IMG/VR virus record: IMGVR_UViG_3300025576_000001
Coordinates: 1 to 64,000 of that record
Length of the DNA stretch: 64,000 bases
Source of the DNA: a virus
Direction: 5' to 3' (one strand)
Under the pieces are notes generated by a model, which worked only from the letters and a program-made list of their open reading frames with translations, had not been told where the DNA came from and did not search any database. Below are positions 1-9,971 of the stretch, piece by piece (the first letter of the stretch is position 1; every line of letters begins with the position of its first letter). Both the position numbers and the translations under genes were made by a program.

Positions 1-126
1 CCCACATGGTCGCCGACATACCCAACAACCCATGGGCTCCTCTCGTCGAGATCATGGCGCTTGGGTGTATCCCGATTGGCGTGGTCGGTGACGAGTTCGT
101 CGTGTGGTCGCCGGAGACAAAGGCGC

Positions 127-277
127 TGTGAAAAAGAAACAGGGTAAAGTCCGTCTCGCGTTCTGGTTGCCTGCCGACGCGGGCGAGTGGGTGCAAGGCG
201 AACGGAAGAAGGCGGGCCAGTTATTGTCCGAATGGATGCGGCGCCTCGTCGAAGCCGCCAGAAAGGCAAAGCCATGA
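127..277 (+). CDS. small ribbon-helix-helix-like DNA-binding protein
   Basis: Read manually: MKKKQGKVRLAFWLPADAGEWVQGERKKAGQLLSEWMRRLVEAARK; strand-helix-helix pattern; GTGA/ATGA overlaps with neighbours. Confidence 0.45.
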
Positions 278-486
278 GCGCGCCCATCAAGCCGCCGCCT
301 TCGTTCGAGGTCTTCTCGGTCGGGCGGTATGCAGACAAGCAGACCGTCTGGGCGAGCCGTGCGCTTGCCGAAAAACACTGCGCGGACTTGAACGGCCGAT
401 TGTCTCCTGCGGAAATGGACGAGTGGACGGTGGTGCCAGTGACCGTCTGGCGCGACGCCGATGCATTTGAGAAAGGCGAGACATGA
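274..486 (+). CDS. hypothetical phage protein
   Basis: ORF from MSAPIKPPP, ATGA-coupled on both sides. Confidence 0.55.
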   Translation: MSAPIKPPPSFEVFSVGRYADKQTVWASRALAEKHCADLNGRLSPAEMDEWTVVPVTVWRDADAFEKGET

Positions 487-798
487 GCAAGACCACCGAC
501 GAAGCGAAACTGCGCGAGAAGATCAAGCGGCTGTCCGCCGAGCGGGACTACTGGCGCAGCGAAGCGCAGAAACGACTCGTTTTACGATCCGCCCGAGTAC
601 AAGTACCCATCATGGCGGGCGCTTCGATTCGTCCTGGAGACCAGCCTTTCGACGCCGCCCAAGGCGGATTGGGAAATCAAAATCTCCGACATCGTAGAGG
701 GGAGAGTCGCGGTCCACGAAGATCCGCCGTACCCGAATGGTCCGATGAGCGACGAGGCGGCAAGGGCCGTGATGCAAGCCAAAGGAAGAAAGCCATGA
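483..798 (+). CDS. hypothetical protein with apparent 1-nt frameshift near 570
   Basis: Removing one A from cagaaacgac gives ...EAQNDSFYDPPEYKYPSW...GRKP*, ending in an ATGA overlap at 795. Confidence 0.4.
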
Positions 799-1706
799 CC
801 GACCATTCGCGAAACTGTCTCGACCCGCTTTGCCTTGGACGAATAGTTGAGCGACGAGGGTACGTCAATGCCGATGATGTCCCAGTCGATGAGCGCATCA
901 ACCGGGTCATATTCGATTCTGGCCACGACACCTGCGCGAACGCGCCCGCGCAACAGGCGGCACCTAGGCAGCCCAAGGTCGGCGATAGGGTGAAGCTGTG
1001 GCCAAGCGAGAAGCGGAAACGGATACCGGAATTACTCGTTGGAGAAAGCACGGTGGATCGTCTGGAGGATGACGGATTCTGGCCGCAATTCGGCTGGGGA
1101 AGGCGCTACTTCGCCGACCGTGGCATGACTTGGGACTTCGCCGAGCCGGCCAGCGAGCCTCACCGCGCGGCGGGCAACGATGGGCACGGCCACCGCTGGA
1201 AACACCCAATGGAGACGGCCGTCGAGCCCGCGAAGGAGCCCAGTTATGGCCATCACTGCGAAGCGTGCCCGATGGAGTTGTCCCGCACTTCCAATGCCGA
1301 GTGGAAATGCACCGTCTGCGGGAAGAGCTGGAAAGGTGGCGTTCGGTCGGACGGCATGACGGAGCAGGCCAGCGAGCCCGCGAAGCCCGAGCCAGCCGCC
1401 GACGGCTTGACGGAGAGGGAGCGCGAGGCGTGGCAGTTGTACCTAGCCGATTCTAGCCTTTCGCCGTGGCAGAAGAAAGACAAGTGGTCAGAATTGCAGG
1501 CAACGACACAGGGCGCATATCTGGATGTCCGCGACCGCGCCGAGGACATCTTCAAGGAGCGGGCCGAGAAGCAAGCCGACGAGCGGTGTCTGAGAGCGGA
1601 ACGGATATGCAAGGAGGCAACGAAGGCGCGGGAAACTCAGGCAGAGGATCGGGTCAAGCGCGCAGAGGGATCCGGAGCGCAGGCGCGTGATGGCCGGATC
1701 GCATAG
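795..1706 (+). CDS. hypothetical phage protein with Zn-ribbon motif
   Basis: Start MTDHSRNC after a purine-rich tract; CEAC...CTVC motif. Confidence 0.5.
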   Translation: MTDHSRNCLDPLCLGRIVERRGYVNADDVPVDERINRVIFDSGHDTCANAPAQQAAPRQPKVGDRVKLWPSEKRKRIPELLVGESTVDRLEDDGFWPQFGWGRRYFADRGMTWDFAEPASEPHRAAGNDGHGHRWKHPMETAVEPAKEPSYGHHCEACPMELSRTSNAEWKCTVCGKSWKGGVRSDGMTEQASEPAKPEPAADGLTEREREAWQLYLADSSLSPWQKKDKWSELQATTQGAYLDVRDRAEDIFKERAEKQADERCLRAERICKEATKARETQAEDRVKRAEGSGAQARDGRIA

Positions 1707-1850
1707 TTTTTCAGTGCTGTCAATACGCTGCGCGAACGTCGTGAGATGACGGCGGAAACGTCGCGCGGCAAGACTCCAATACGTGAGCGCGTGCAACTTC
1801 GGCGCTCTTGACAGTTGTGACGGGTTGTGTAGTTAATAAACGGAGCCACC

Positions 1851-2008
1851 TTGAAATGCTTTCGACTGCTGCGACTCATTCTCGGCATCAGCCAGGAGAC
1901 GGCCGCCAAGGAGCTTGGCATCACGACCGGCTGATCGACCTTCGCGTGATGGCGGCCGTCGAGGAGCTGCGCAAAGAAGAGAGCCGACGACAGGACTCTG
2001 CGCAATGA
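1851..2008 (+). pseudogene. broken XRE-type HTH gene
   Basis: MKCFRLLRLILGISQETAAKELGITTG* stops mid-HTH; a plausible C-terminus (LIDLRVMAAVEELRKEE) continues in another frame. Confidence 0.4.
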
Positions 2009-2667
2009 AATCAAAACGACGTGAGAGCGGCGCGACAAAACCAGTTGCTACTTCTGACGCGACTGAGATTCGCGTACCGTTAACCGCGCTGGCGCCGGAC
2101 CCCGACAACCCGCGCGAGATGAGCGAAGAGGCGCGGACCGGTCTGGGCGTGTCGATGGAGACGTTCGGCGAGCTGGGCATGGTCTTTAACGACCGAACCG
2201 GGCAGTGGGTGAGCGGCCATCAGCGGCTTGAGCGCCTACGCGCGGCCGGCGCGGTCGAGTGTGTTCGCAACGGGGCCGACGGCTACATCGAGCACCCCAA
2301 AACAGGGGAGCGGTTCCGCGTGCGGTTCGTGGATTGGGACGAGACGAAGCAGCGCATGGCCAACCTGACGGCCAACAACCCGCGTATCTCTGGGAGCTAC
2401 ACCGACGCCGCGCTGGCGCAGCTCAAGGAGTTGGAGGGCGAGGACGGGTTTGGGGACATGGGGCTGGAGACGCTGGAGAAGGACCTCGCAGAGGCGGAGA
2501 CGGCGGAGCATGGCCCGCCATCCTTGGAAGATTTCGACGTCACTCCACTGAGCGCCAGGACCTGGATTCTGATCGCGACAACGGCCGACCGCGCGCCCGA
2601 GATTGAGAACGCACTGGCGCAGTTCGCGGACGACGAAACCCGTATTGAGGTCAGCGGTGTCCGGTAG
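2005..2667 (+). CDS. ParB/Srx N-terminal domain protein
   Basis: LAPDPDNPR and VSGHQRL motifs typical of phage ParB-like proteins. Confidence 0.75.
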   Translation: MKSKRRESGATKPVATSDATEIRVPLTALAPDPDNPREMSEEARTGLGVSMETFGELGMVFNDRTGQWVSGHQRLERLRAAGAVECVRNGADGYIEHPKTGERFRVRFVDWDETKQRMANLTANNPRISGSYTDAALAQLKELEGEDGFGDMGLETLEKDLAEAETAEHGPPSLEDFDVTPLSARTWILIATTADRAPEIENALAQFADDETRIEVSGVR

Positions 2668-3280
2668 CCAGACCGACAACGGAGACCCCGAGGCGAAGAT
2701 TGCTCTGCGGCTCCATGCTTTCACGTGGGCGCCAGAACGTCCCGCTGTGCTGGACCTGTTCGCCGGCGAAGGGCACATGTACCGCGAAGCCTGGAAGCCA
2801 GCGTGCGGGCGGTATCTCGGGATCGAGAAGCGGTTTCGACGTCCAGCCGGAGACCCGGCGGGTGAGTGCTGGCGCGGAGACAATGCGCAGCTCCTGAAGC
2901 GCGCAATGGCCGCCGGGCCATGGGACGTCATCGACTTGGACGCCTACGCGAACCCGTGGATCTTGTTGCGCCAAGTGTTGCGCCTGCAGCCGGCGCGTGA
3001 CTTGGTCGTGACGGCGACAGAAGGCTTAGCCAGATCGCTACACGTCAACAACAGCGATTTCGCCTTCGCCATCGCCGGCGTCGGAAAGCTTGCCACGTCG
3101 ATGTTTCAAACAGGCGCCCCGTTCTTCCGCTGGCATGATGACATCGTCCGGTGGGCGCTGGCATGGAGCGAGACAGGGGCGCGGGTGAAGGCCGTGGAAT
3201 GCAAGAGAAGTCATCCACGGCGAGATATCGTCGGTCCCGGTGACCACGCCACGTATTACGCAATCCGTTACCGCGCCTAG
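2657..3280 (+). CDS. SAM-dependent methyltransferase-like protein
   Basis: VLDLFAGEG motif I and DVIDLDAYANPW motif IV-like. Confidence 0.65.
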   Translation: MSGSQTDNGDPEAKIALRLHAFTWAPERPAVLDLFAGEGHMYREAWKPACGRYLGIEKRFRRPAGDPAGECWRGDNAQLLKRAMAAGPWDVIDLDAYANPWILLRQVLRLQPARDLVVTATEGLARSLHVNNSDFAFAIAGVGKLATSMFQTGAPFFRWHDDIVRWALAWSETGARVKAVECKRSHPRRDIVGPGDHATYYAIRYRA

Positions 3281-3323
3281 TTGACGCACTAAACGGACAG
3301 CGACACGGGAGGTTGTTCTCCCC

Positions 3324-3352
3324 TTGCGCGGGTCCTACGCTCGTCCTACACT
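3324..3352 (+). promoter_or_regulatory. sigma70-like promoter
   Basis: TTGCGC-17 nt-TACACT; same hexamers and spacing recur at 4033-4061. Confidence 0.5.
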
Positions 3353-3402
3353 AAAGACAGATAGAGAGAGCGACGGCGGACCCCACCACAAGGAGAAATC
3401 AG

Positions 3403-3482
3403 ATGGCACACGAAGTCGAATCAACGCGGGCGCGACTGGCCGCGCACTACCGGCCGCCGTCGACCAGTTCCTCTCTAACTAG
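3403..3482 (+). pseudogene. probable deletion remnant of a DUF932-like gene
   Basis: Strong AGGAGA RBS, then MAHEVE (recalled N-terminus of DUF932 proteins) joined out of frame to INAGATGRALPAAVDQFLSN*. Confidence 0.3.
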
Positions 3483-3536
3483 CCCCTCTCGTGGCGCCCA
3501 GGATGCCACCTGGGAGGAATGAGGAGGACCAGACGG

Positions 3537-4028
3537 ATGCTGAACTACACCAAGAAGATCAAGGCTGAGCCAAAGACCTGGGATCTGGAGAATGTGCGCT
3601 GTGTCCGGTGCTTCACCGAGCACGGCGAGTTCACCATCATGCGAACCGCCAATTTTCGCCCTGCCTGCCGGGTCGTGCGGGCCTGGGCGTCTCCGCTGTT
3701 CCGTCGTGCTGGTGCGACCTTCGAGATCGAAGGGACCAACGGCGGCAAACGCGGTGCCTATATTCAAGAAGTCGCGAAGCTGTTCGAGGTCGAGCTGAAG
3801 GCGTCTCAGTGCAAGGTCCAGCCTGTCACCCAAGCCGCCCAGATTGCGCCCCTTGCGACGATTCCCCCGCCAGCCCCTGCCGCTATCGCCGTCCCATGCC
3901 TGCCTGTCACCAGCGAACCCACTGCGCCCCGCAGTGACGGGCGCGTGGCCATCCGCAAGACCATCCTGCACCGAGGCCGAAGCTTCGCCGTCACCTACTG
4001 GGTCAAGCAAGCCAGCATCGCCGCCTAG
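3537..4028 (+). CDS. hypothetical protein
   Basis: GAGGAGG RBS, ORF from MLNYTKK. Confidence 0.6.
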   Translation: MLNYTKKIKAEPKTWDLENVRCVRCFTEHGEFTIMRTANFRPACRVVRAWASPLFRRAGATFEIEGTNGGKRGAYIQEVAKLFEVELKASQCKVQPVTQAAQIAPLATIPPPAPAAIAVPCLPVTSEPTAPRSDGRVAIRKTILHRGRSFAVTYWVKQASIAA

Positions 4029-4032
4029 CCCC

Positions 4033-4061
4033 TTGCGCGCGTAGGTCACGCGTGGTACACT
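4033..4061 (+). promoter_or_regulatory. sigma70-like promoter
   Basis: TTGCGC-17 nt-TACACT, 6 nt upstream of ATG 4068 (possibly leaderless). Confidence 0.5.
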
Positions 4062-4067
4062 TTGCCA

Positions 4068-4235
4068 ATGCCAAACCAACACACCAAGCAACCCCGACGA
4101 ACCCGAGTCATCCGTGTGCGCCTGACCGACGGCGAGTACGCCGGACTGGTCAGCGAGGCGGAGCGACGCGGACTCACCGTATCCGATGAGATTCGGACGC
4201 GGCTGAAGTTTCCGAAAGAAAGCGAGACACCATGA
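4068..4235 (+). CDS. ribbon-helix-helix protein
   Basis: RTRVIRVRLTDGEYAGLVSEAERRGLTVSDEIR; ATGA overlap with the next gene. Confidence 0.6.
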   Translation: MPNQHTKQPRRTRVIRVRLTDGEYAGLVSEAERRGLTVSDEIRTRLKFPKESETP

Positions 4236-5083
4236 ACGACACACCTATCAGATGGACGAGTAACAGCTGGAACCCTTGCTCGGGCTGTGTGCCGGCGAGT
4301 GAGGGGTGCCATTTTTGCTATGCCCGCCAGCTCGCGGAGAACAAGCGCGGAACGCCAGCATTTCCAAACGGCTTCGACTTGACCCTGCGCCCGCACAAGC
4401 TCGACGAACCCCGCCGGCTCAAGACGCCGTCGCTGATTTTCGTCAACTCGATGTCTGACCTGTTCTGGGACCGCATCCCCGACAGCTACCGCGACCGCGT
4501 ACTTGACGTCATCGACTCGACACCACAGCACCAATACCAGGTGCTGACCAAGCGGCACGAGAACCTGTTGCGCTACTCGCGCCGGCGGAAGCTGCCCGCG
4601 AACTTCTGGGCGGGTGTGACGGTCGAGGACCAGAAGCGAGCCGACGAGCGAATCCCTGCGCTTGTCCAGGTCGACGTGCCAGTGCGGTTCATCTCGGTCG
4701 AGCCGGCGCTGTCGCTCGTGGACATCAGCCCCTGGACACGGGGCAAGAACAACGCCTTCGGCGGCGACGGCATCCAATGGGCCATCTGGGGCGGCGAGTC
4801 TGGCTGCCACCTCATGGACGCGAAGATTCGCGATGTCCGCGGGATGGCGACACGCGACGAGCGTGGCAAGTGGGTGCCACGCATGGACCGCGCAGACTGG
4901 CCGCGAGCCCTGCGAGATACCTGCATCCGCGACGGTGTGGCGTTCTTTTTCAAGCAGTGGGGTGGAGTGAGGCCGACCAGCGCCGGGCACGATCTGGATG
5001 GAAGACGCTGGGAGCAGTTCCCAGACGTGCGCGCGCAGGCCGTGACCGGCCACCGCTTGCAGCAGACCAGCCTGGCGGTGTAG
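4232..5083 (+). CDS. DUF5131 (phage Gp37/Gp68) radical-SAM-like protein
   Basis: WNPCSGCVPASEGCHFCYA, IFVNSMSDLF, LTKR, GGESG, FFFKQWGG signature motifs. Confidence 0.9.
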   Translation: MNDTPIRWTSNSWNPCSGCVPASEGCHFCYARQLAENKRGTPAFPNGFDLTLRPHKLDEPRRLKTPSLIFVNSMSDLFWDRIPDSYRDRVLDVIDSTPQHQYQVLTKRHENLLRYSRRRKLPANFWAGVTVEDQKRADERIPALVQVDVPVRFISVEPALSLVDISPWTRGKNNAFGGDGIQWAIWGGESGCHLMDAKIRDVRGMATRDERGKWVPRMDRADWPRALRDTCIRDGVAFFFKQWGGVRPTSAGHDLDGRRWEQFPDVRAQAVTGHRLQQTSLAV

Positions 5084-5093
5084 ACTACGGGGA

Positions 5094-5657
5094 GTGTCTG
5101 ACGACTCCCCTTTCCCCCCGAGCAAGCGCGGTAAGAACCCGCGCAGCCTGGGCAACCTGAGACCACGCCGCAAAGGAGATCCACCGCTCAACCCCACCGG
5201 CAGCAATGGACGCCAGCGCTCCGAGGTGATTGCCGCGTTTCTTGAAGAGAAGGACGACACGCCCATAGGCAAAGCGCTGATGGCGAAAGTCGGTTGTCCC
5301 GATGGGACGCGCATTCGCGGGCTGCTTTACCGAGAGTGGCTGGCAGGCATGGGCAAGAGCGACATGGCCCGCAAGACGCTGCTCGAACAGTACGGCGGGA
5401 AACCACGGGTGCAGATGGAGGTGTCCGGGCCGAACGGCGGTCCCATCAGCACCGATAACGTCTCAGCCATACTGTCACTCGAGGAGATGGCGGCGCGGTT
5501 TCTTCGGGCTACCCGCATCGCCCAGGAGGTGCTGGCGGCCGAGGCGGCTCCCCCGAAGGCCATCGACGCCATCGAGGTCGGGGCGCAGCCCGCAGCGCCG
5601 GCCGCTCCGCTGGCGCCCGGGCAGGTGCCGCTCGAGGCGATTCCGTGCCCCAGCTAG
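5094..5657 (+). CDS. putative terminase small subunit
   Basis: Directly upstream of TerL; SLGNLRP..KG..NPTG N-terminus and EVSGPNGGPI motif. Confidence 0.6.
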   Translation: MSDDSPFPPSKRGKNPRSLGNLRPRRKGDPPLNPTGSNGRQRSEVIAAFLEEKDDTPIGKALMAKVGCPDGTRIRGLLYREWLAGMGKSDMARKTLLEQYGGKPRVQMEVSGPNGGPISTDNVSAILSLEEMAARFLRATRIAQEVLAAEAAPPKAIDAIEVGAQPAAPAAPLAPGQVPLEAIPCPS

Positions 5658-7126
5658 CCTCCGCCGAACTCCGCGACCTCGAAACGGGCTACCGCAGTTC
5701 AGACGACACCCTGATGCGGCTGGCCCGGCGGTCCATGAAGGCGTTTTTCAGCTTCACGATGCGGGACGAGCAGACCGGCGCCCCCGTCGAGTTCGCGCCG
5801 ATCCATGAAACCTGGCACCGACTCGCCGACCAGTATGACCGTCTCATGCTGTGGGCCGCCATGGAAAGTGGCAAGACACAAAGCCTGAGCGTGGCTCGTA
5901 CGCTCTGGGAGCTGGGCCGCGACCCGACGTTGCGTTTCGCCATCATCAGCAACACGAGCGGCATGGCGGTCAAGATCGCGAACCAGATCGGGAAGTACAT
6001 CACGCAGTCGGAGGAACTGCACCGGGTGTTCCCGCACCTGGAGCCGGACCCCACGATGCCGTGGAACTCCGAGCAGCTCACGGTCAAGCGGCCCACGCTG
6101 TCGAAAGACCCCTCGGTCAACACGCTCGGCATCGGCAGCAACACGCAGGGCGCCCGCATCGACCGCGCCGTCCTGGACGACGTGCTGAATCGCGAGAACA
6201 CCCGGACCCAGTACATGCGGGACGAGTCGCAGGACTGGTATCTGAAGACCATCCCGGGCCGTATGACGGAGCGCGGGCGCATCCTCGGCGTCGGCAACGC
6301 CTGGAACCCGGACGACCTCTACCACCGGCTCGTCAAGAACCCGCGCTGGAAGGGCTACAAGTTCCCGATCTTGAAGGCCGACGGCACGAGCGCCTGGCCG
6401 ACTGTCTGGCCGCTCGACCGCATCGAACGCCGCCGGCAAGAACTCGGGCCGATGGAATCCATGAGCCAGTTGATGTGCCAGCCCATCGACGACGCCATGT
6501 CGCGGTTCAAGCGCGAGTGGATCGAGACGTGCTTGCGGCGCGGCGAAGGCAAGGACGTCGTCTACGCGCTTCGCGGAATCCCGTTCGGCTGCAAGCTCTA
6601 CTGCGGGGTCGACCTGGCGGTGGGCAGGAAAGAACACCACGACCGAACGGCGTTCTTCGTGCTGCTCATCCACCCCAACGGAGACCGGCAGGTGCTGTGG
6701 GTCGAGAGTGGCCGCATGCTCGCGACCGACATCATGGAGAAGGTCAAGGACCTGTCGCTGCGATTCGGCGGCATCTTCGTGATCGAGAACGTGGCGGCCC
6801 AGGACTACTTGGTGCAAATCCTCCAGGGCAGCACCGCGATCCCGATCGTCCCGTTCGCGACCGGCAAGAACAAGGCGGACCCCACGTTCGGTCTCGAAGC
6901 GATGGCGGCTGAGTTCGCGGCCGGCAAGTGGATAATCCCGAACCGCGGCGGCGTCTGCCACCCGGAAGTCCAGGAGTGGGTCAACGAAATGCTCGGTTAC
7001 AACCCAGCGGCGCACTCGGGCGATAGATTGATGGCTGCGTGGTTCGCCAAGGAAGGCGAGCGTCTCAGCGTCCCGGTTGCGAAGCCATACTGCGGAACCG
7101 TTCGCCTCAAACTCAACCCCTTGTGA
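5645..7126 (+). CDS. terL: terminase large subunit
   Basis: Walker A-like MESGKT, Walker B AVLDD, nuclease GVDLA and GDRLMA. Confidence 0.9.
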   Translation: MPQLASAELRDLETGYRSSDDTLMRLARRSMKAFFSFTMRDEQTGAPVEFAPIHETWHRLADQYDRLMLWAAMESGKTQSLSVARTLWELGRDPTLRFAIISNTSGMAVKIANQIGKYITQSEELHRVFPHLEPDPTMPWNSEQLTVKRPTLSKDPSVNTLGIGSNTQGARIDRAVLDDVLNRENTRTQYMRDESQDWYLKTIPGRMTERGRILGVGNAWNPDDLYHRLVKNPRWKGYKFPILKADGTSAWPTVWPLDRIERRRQELGPMESMSQLMCQPIDDAMSRFKREWIETCLRRGEGKDVVYALRGIPFGCKLYCGVDLAVGRKEHHDRTAFFVLLIHPNGDRQVLWVESGRMLATDIMEKVKDLSLRFGGIFVIENVAAQDYLVQILQGSTAIPIVPFATGKNKADPTFGLEAMAAEFAAGKWIIPNRGGVCHPEVQEWVNEMLGYNPAAHSGDRLMAAWFAKEGERLSVPVAKPYCGTVRLKLNPL

Positions 7127-7138
7127 TAGGATGCGCCC

Positions 7139-8827
7139 ATGGCGTCAGGCATAACTCGCGATATTGGAGCCGCCGGGCAAGTCGCCGGCGCGGTAGCGGA
7201 CCAGCAACTCGTCAACGAACGCATGAAGCGGTTGGGCTTGTCGCCGACGCAGGTGGAGTTGAACCGCCTCTACGCCTACTACCGAACCGCCCAGCACGAC
7301 GCCTGCGCGGTCGGCTGGGACGGCGATCCCCACGTGGACGCGGTCTCACGCGAGGGCATCTGCAGTTCGCCACTTCTGCCGGCCGGCTACGAGGACGTAG
7401 GCAAGAATCTCAGCAATCTGCCGCTGAAGTACCGCCGACCCGCGGTGCCATGCCACCTGTGCCACGTAATCGTGAGCCGCTTCACCGAGTTGCTGTTCAC
7501 GGAGTCGCAGTCGCCGGCGTGGAAGATGGCGGGCGATCCCGACAGCGAGTCGTGGGTCCAGGCCGTCACAAAGGACGGCGCCCTGTGGTCGACCATGACC
7601 CAGACGCGCGATCTGGGTGGCGCCATGGGGACCGGCATCCCGGGCTTCAAGATCATCGACAGCGTCGTGATGTTCGAGACCTTCGATCGGCGCTGGTGCT
7701 TCCCGACCTTCGATCCCGCGAAGCCTGGCCAGCTCTCGAAGCTGGAGATCCGCTACATGTACCCCAAGGAGAAGCGGAACCCCGAGACGGGCCAGTGGGA
7801 GGAGAAGAAATATTGGTATCGGCGGACCATCGACACCGAGGCGGATGTCCTGTGGAAACCGCAGGACGTGGGCGACGGTTCGACGGAGCCCAAGTGGGAC
7901 GACCCCACGACGGTCCAGCAGATGGTGAAGCACGGCTATGGCTTCGTGCCCATCGAGTGGATCCCGAATCTGCCGGTCAGCGACGACATCGACGGCGATC
8001 CGGACTGCCTGGGCTGCTACGACTACTTCGACCGTATCGGCGAACTGGACTCACAGTGCTACACGGGTGCGGCCCGCAACGCCGACCCGACACCCGTGCT
8101 GAGCAGTGACGGCATGTTCGAGCAGGTGAAGCTCGGCAGCGCCACGGCGGTCAAGACCGAGAAGGGCGGCAGCCTCGGGTACGCCGAGAGCACTGGCAGC
8201 AGCATCACGATCGCCTCCACGGAATCCGATCGTTTCCAGAAGAAGGCGCTGCAACTCGCCCGCTGCGTCCTGCCCGACGAAGAGGGCGCGGAGGTCCGAG
8301 GCGCCGTGACGGCCACAGAGATCAACAAGCGCACCGCCAGCATGCACGCCAAGGCGTCGCTGCTGCGCCAGCAGTACGGCCGCGGTGCCACGCTGCTGAT
8401 GCAGAAGTTGCTGGAGGTGGCGCGCAAGATGGGCAAAGGTCAGCAGGCCGCCGAGCCCATCAAGACCACGACCGGCCAGGAGATTCCGGCCGGCACGCTG
8501 GTGCGCTCCGAGATCAAGCTGCCGCCAAAGGTCGACAAGGAAGGCCATGCGCAACCCGAGCGGTTGGGCGACGTCCAGGGCGTGACGCTCGAACTGGTGT
8601 GGCCGCCATTCTCGCAGCCGACCGCCAGCGACACCCTCACGAAGACGCAGGCGACCGTCCAGGCCCGCGTCGGGCGGCTCATCTCGATCGACACGGCCGT
8701 GCGGCACCTGGCGCCTGACTTCAATATCGACGACACCAGCGCCGAGGTCGAAGCGCTCAAGAAGGAGCCGGCGCCCGGGGGAGACTTGGCGGCGCAATCG
8801 CTGAAGGAATTGCAAGAGGGTCGGTGA
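7139..8827 (+). CDS. portal protein
   Basis: 562 aa after TerL; HGYGFVPIEWIPN motif typical of SPP1-like portals. Confidence 0.8.
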   Translation: MASGITRDIGAAGQVAGAVADQQLVNERMKRLGLSPTQVELNRLYAYYRTAQHDACAVGWDGDPHVDAVSREGICSSPLLPAGYEDVGKNLSNLPLKYRRPAVPCHLCHVIVSRFTELLFTESQSPAWKMAGDPDSESWVQAVTKDGALWSTMTQTRDLGGAMGTGIPGFKIIDSVVMFETFDRRWCFPTFDPAKPGQLSKLEIRYMYPKEKRNPETGQWEEKKYWYRRTIDTEADVLWKPQDVGDGSTEPKWDDPTTVQQMVKHGYGFVPIEWIPNLPVSDDIDGDPDCLGCYDYFDRIGELDSQCYTGAARNADPTPVLSSDGMFEQVKLGSATAVKTEKGGSLGYAESTGSSITIASTESDRFQKKALQLARCVLPDEEGAEVRGAVTATEINKRTASMHAKASLLRQQYGRGATLLMQKLLEVARKMGKGQQAAEPIKTTTGQEIPAGTLVRSEIKLPPKVDKEGHAQPERLGDVQGVTLELVWPPFSQPTASDTLTKTQATVQARVGRLISIDTAVRHLAPDFNIDDTSAEVEALKKEPAPGGDLAAQSLKELQEGR

Positions 8828-8828
8828 G

Positions 8829-9971
8829 GTGAAAATCGCCGTAGACTTTGACGGCACGGTCGTCAAGCAGGACCGGCCCTACGCCGACGTCGTGACCCCG
8901 CTGGAGTTCGTCGACGGCGCCAAGGATGGCCTCCTGGCGCTCAAACGCGCGAACCATCTTCTTCTGCTCTGGAGTGGCCGCGCTTCCCGGGCGCTGCTCC
9001 TGGACCCCCTACTAGACCCCTTCGTCCGTGCCGGCGTCGTGGACTGCGACCGTCGTCACTGGCTCGAATCCAGGGCCATCCACCGGGCGCGCTACGACCA
9101 GATGATCGAGTTCGTCGAGAGAGAACTCCCTGGGGTCTTCGACGCGATCGACGACGGGCTTGCGGGAAAGTTCAGCTTCGATCTAGTCATCGACGATAAG
9201 GCCATGGCGATGCGAGGTCCCGCCACCTGGGCGCGAATCGCCCGCGTGTACGGCGAAACCGAACCCCTGTATGACGCCGCGGTGGCGAGCGGCCTACTGG
9301 ACCGCCCGGTCGAAAGCCTCAATCTTGTGCCACGTGGAACACTCCGGGCCGTCCTGGACCAGATCCACGGCGAGATGGTGGCGGCCGGCGTCGCGCACTA
9401 CTGGCCGACCTTCGAGCTGGGGCAGGCGGGTTTCTGGGCGGCCGACCGCGCCACGACCATCAACGTCCCGTGGTTTCTCGCCAACGACGAACTGCGGGCA
9501 CTGGCGCAGGAGCGCTACCCGTGGACCTGGGAGAACGTCACCAAGAGCATCCGGCACGAGGTCGGGCACTCGGTCGGGTATGCGTTCGAATTGTGGAAGC
9601 GCCCGGACTGGACGGCGGTGTTCGGCGACTTCCTGGCGCCATACCCGAAGTCACAGCCGGCGCCAGTGGATCCCGCCAGCACCGAGTGGGTCGACTACGT
9701 GCCCGGGGTCGAGGTAGGTTACTCGGCGCGGCACCCCGACGAGGCGTGGGCCGAGGCTTTCGGCTGCTGGCTAGATCCGTCCACCGACTGGCGGGAACGC
9801 TACCAGGCGGGCACGGGCGCGCGCCAGAAGCTCGATTACGTGGACGGCATCGCCAAGGACGTGCTGCGGGGCCTGCCGAGCAACTGGGACACTGGCAGTC
9901 CACGAAAACCACGTGCTGCTTATTCTGGACAAACGGTTAGGCAAGCACTAGGATTACCGTCCAGTGCATGA
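8829..9971 (+). CDS. HAD-like phosphatase domain fused to zinc metallopeptidase (Peptidase_Mx-like)
   Basis: IAVDFDGT, WSGR, VIDDK HAD motifs; HEVGH zincin plus YSARHPDEAWAEAF. Confidence 0.7.
   Translation: MKIAVDFDGTVVKQDRPYADVVTPLEFVDGAKDGLLALKRANHLLLLWSGRASRALLLDPLLDPFVRAGVVDCDRRHWLESRAIHRARYDQMIEFVERELPGVFDAIDDGLAGKFSFDLVIDDKAMAMRGPATWARIARVYGETEPLYDAAVASGLLDRPVESLNLVPRGTLRAVLDQIHGEMVAAGVAHYWPTFELGQAGFWAADRATTINVPWFLANDELRALAQERYPWTWENVTKSIRHEVGHSVGYAFELWKRPDWTAVFGDFLAPYPKSQPAPVDPASTEWVDYVPGVEVGYSARHPDEAWAEAFGCWLDPSTDWRERYQAGTGARQKLDYVDGIAKDVLRGLPSNWDTGSPRKPRAAYSGQTVRQALGLPSSA

Noticed and set aside
560-580. Programmed frameshift in the 483 gene
   Set aside because: One extra A in a short A run explains it, as at 12489; more likely a read error or point mutation, with no canonical slippery heptamer
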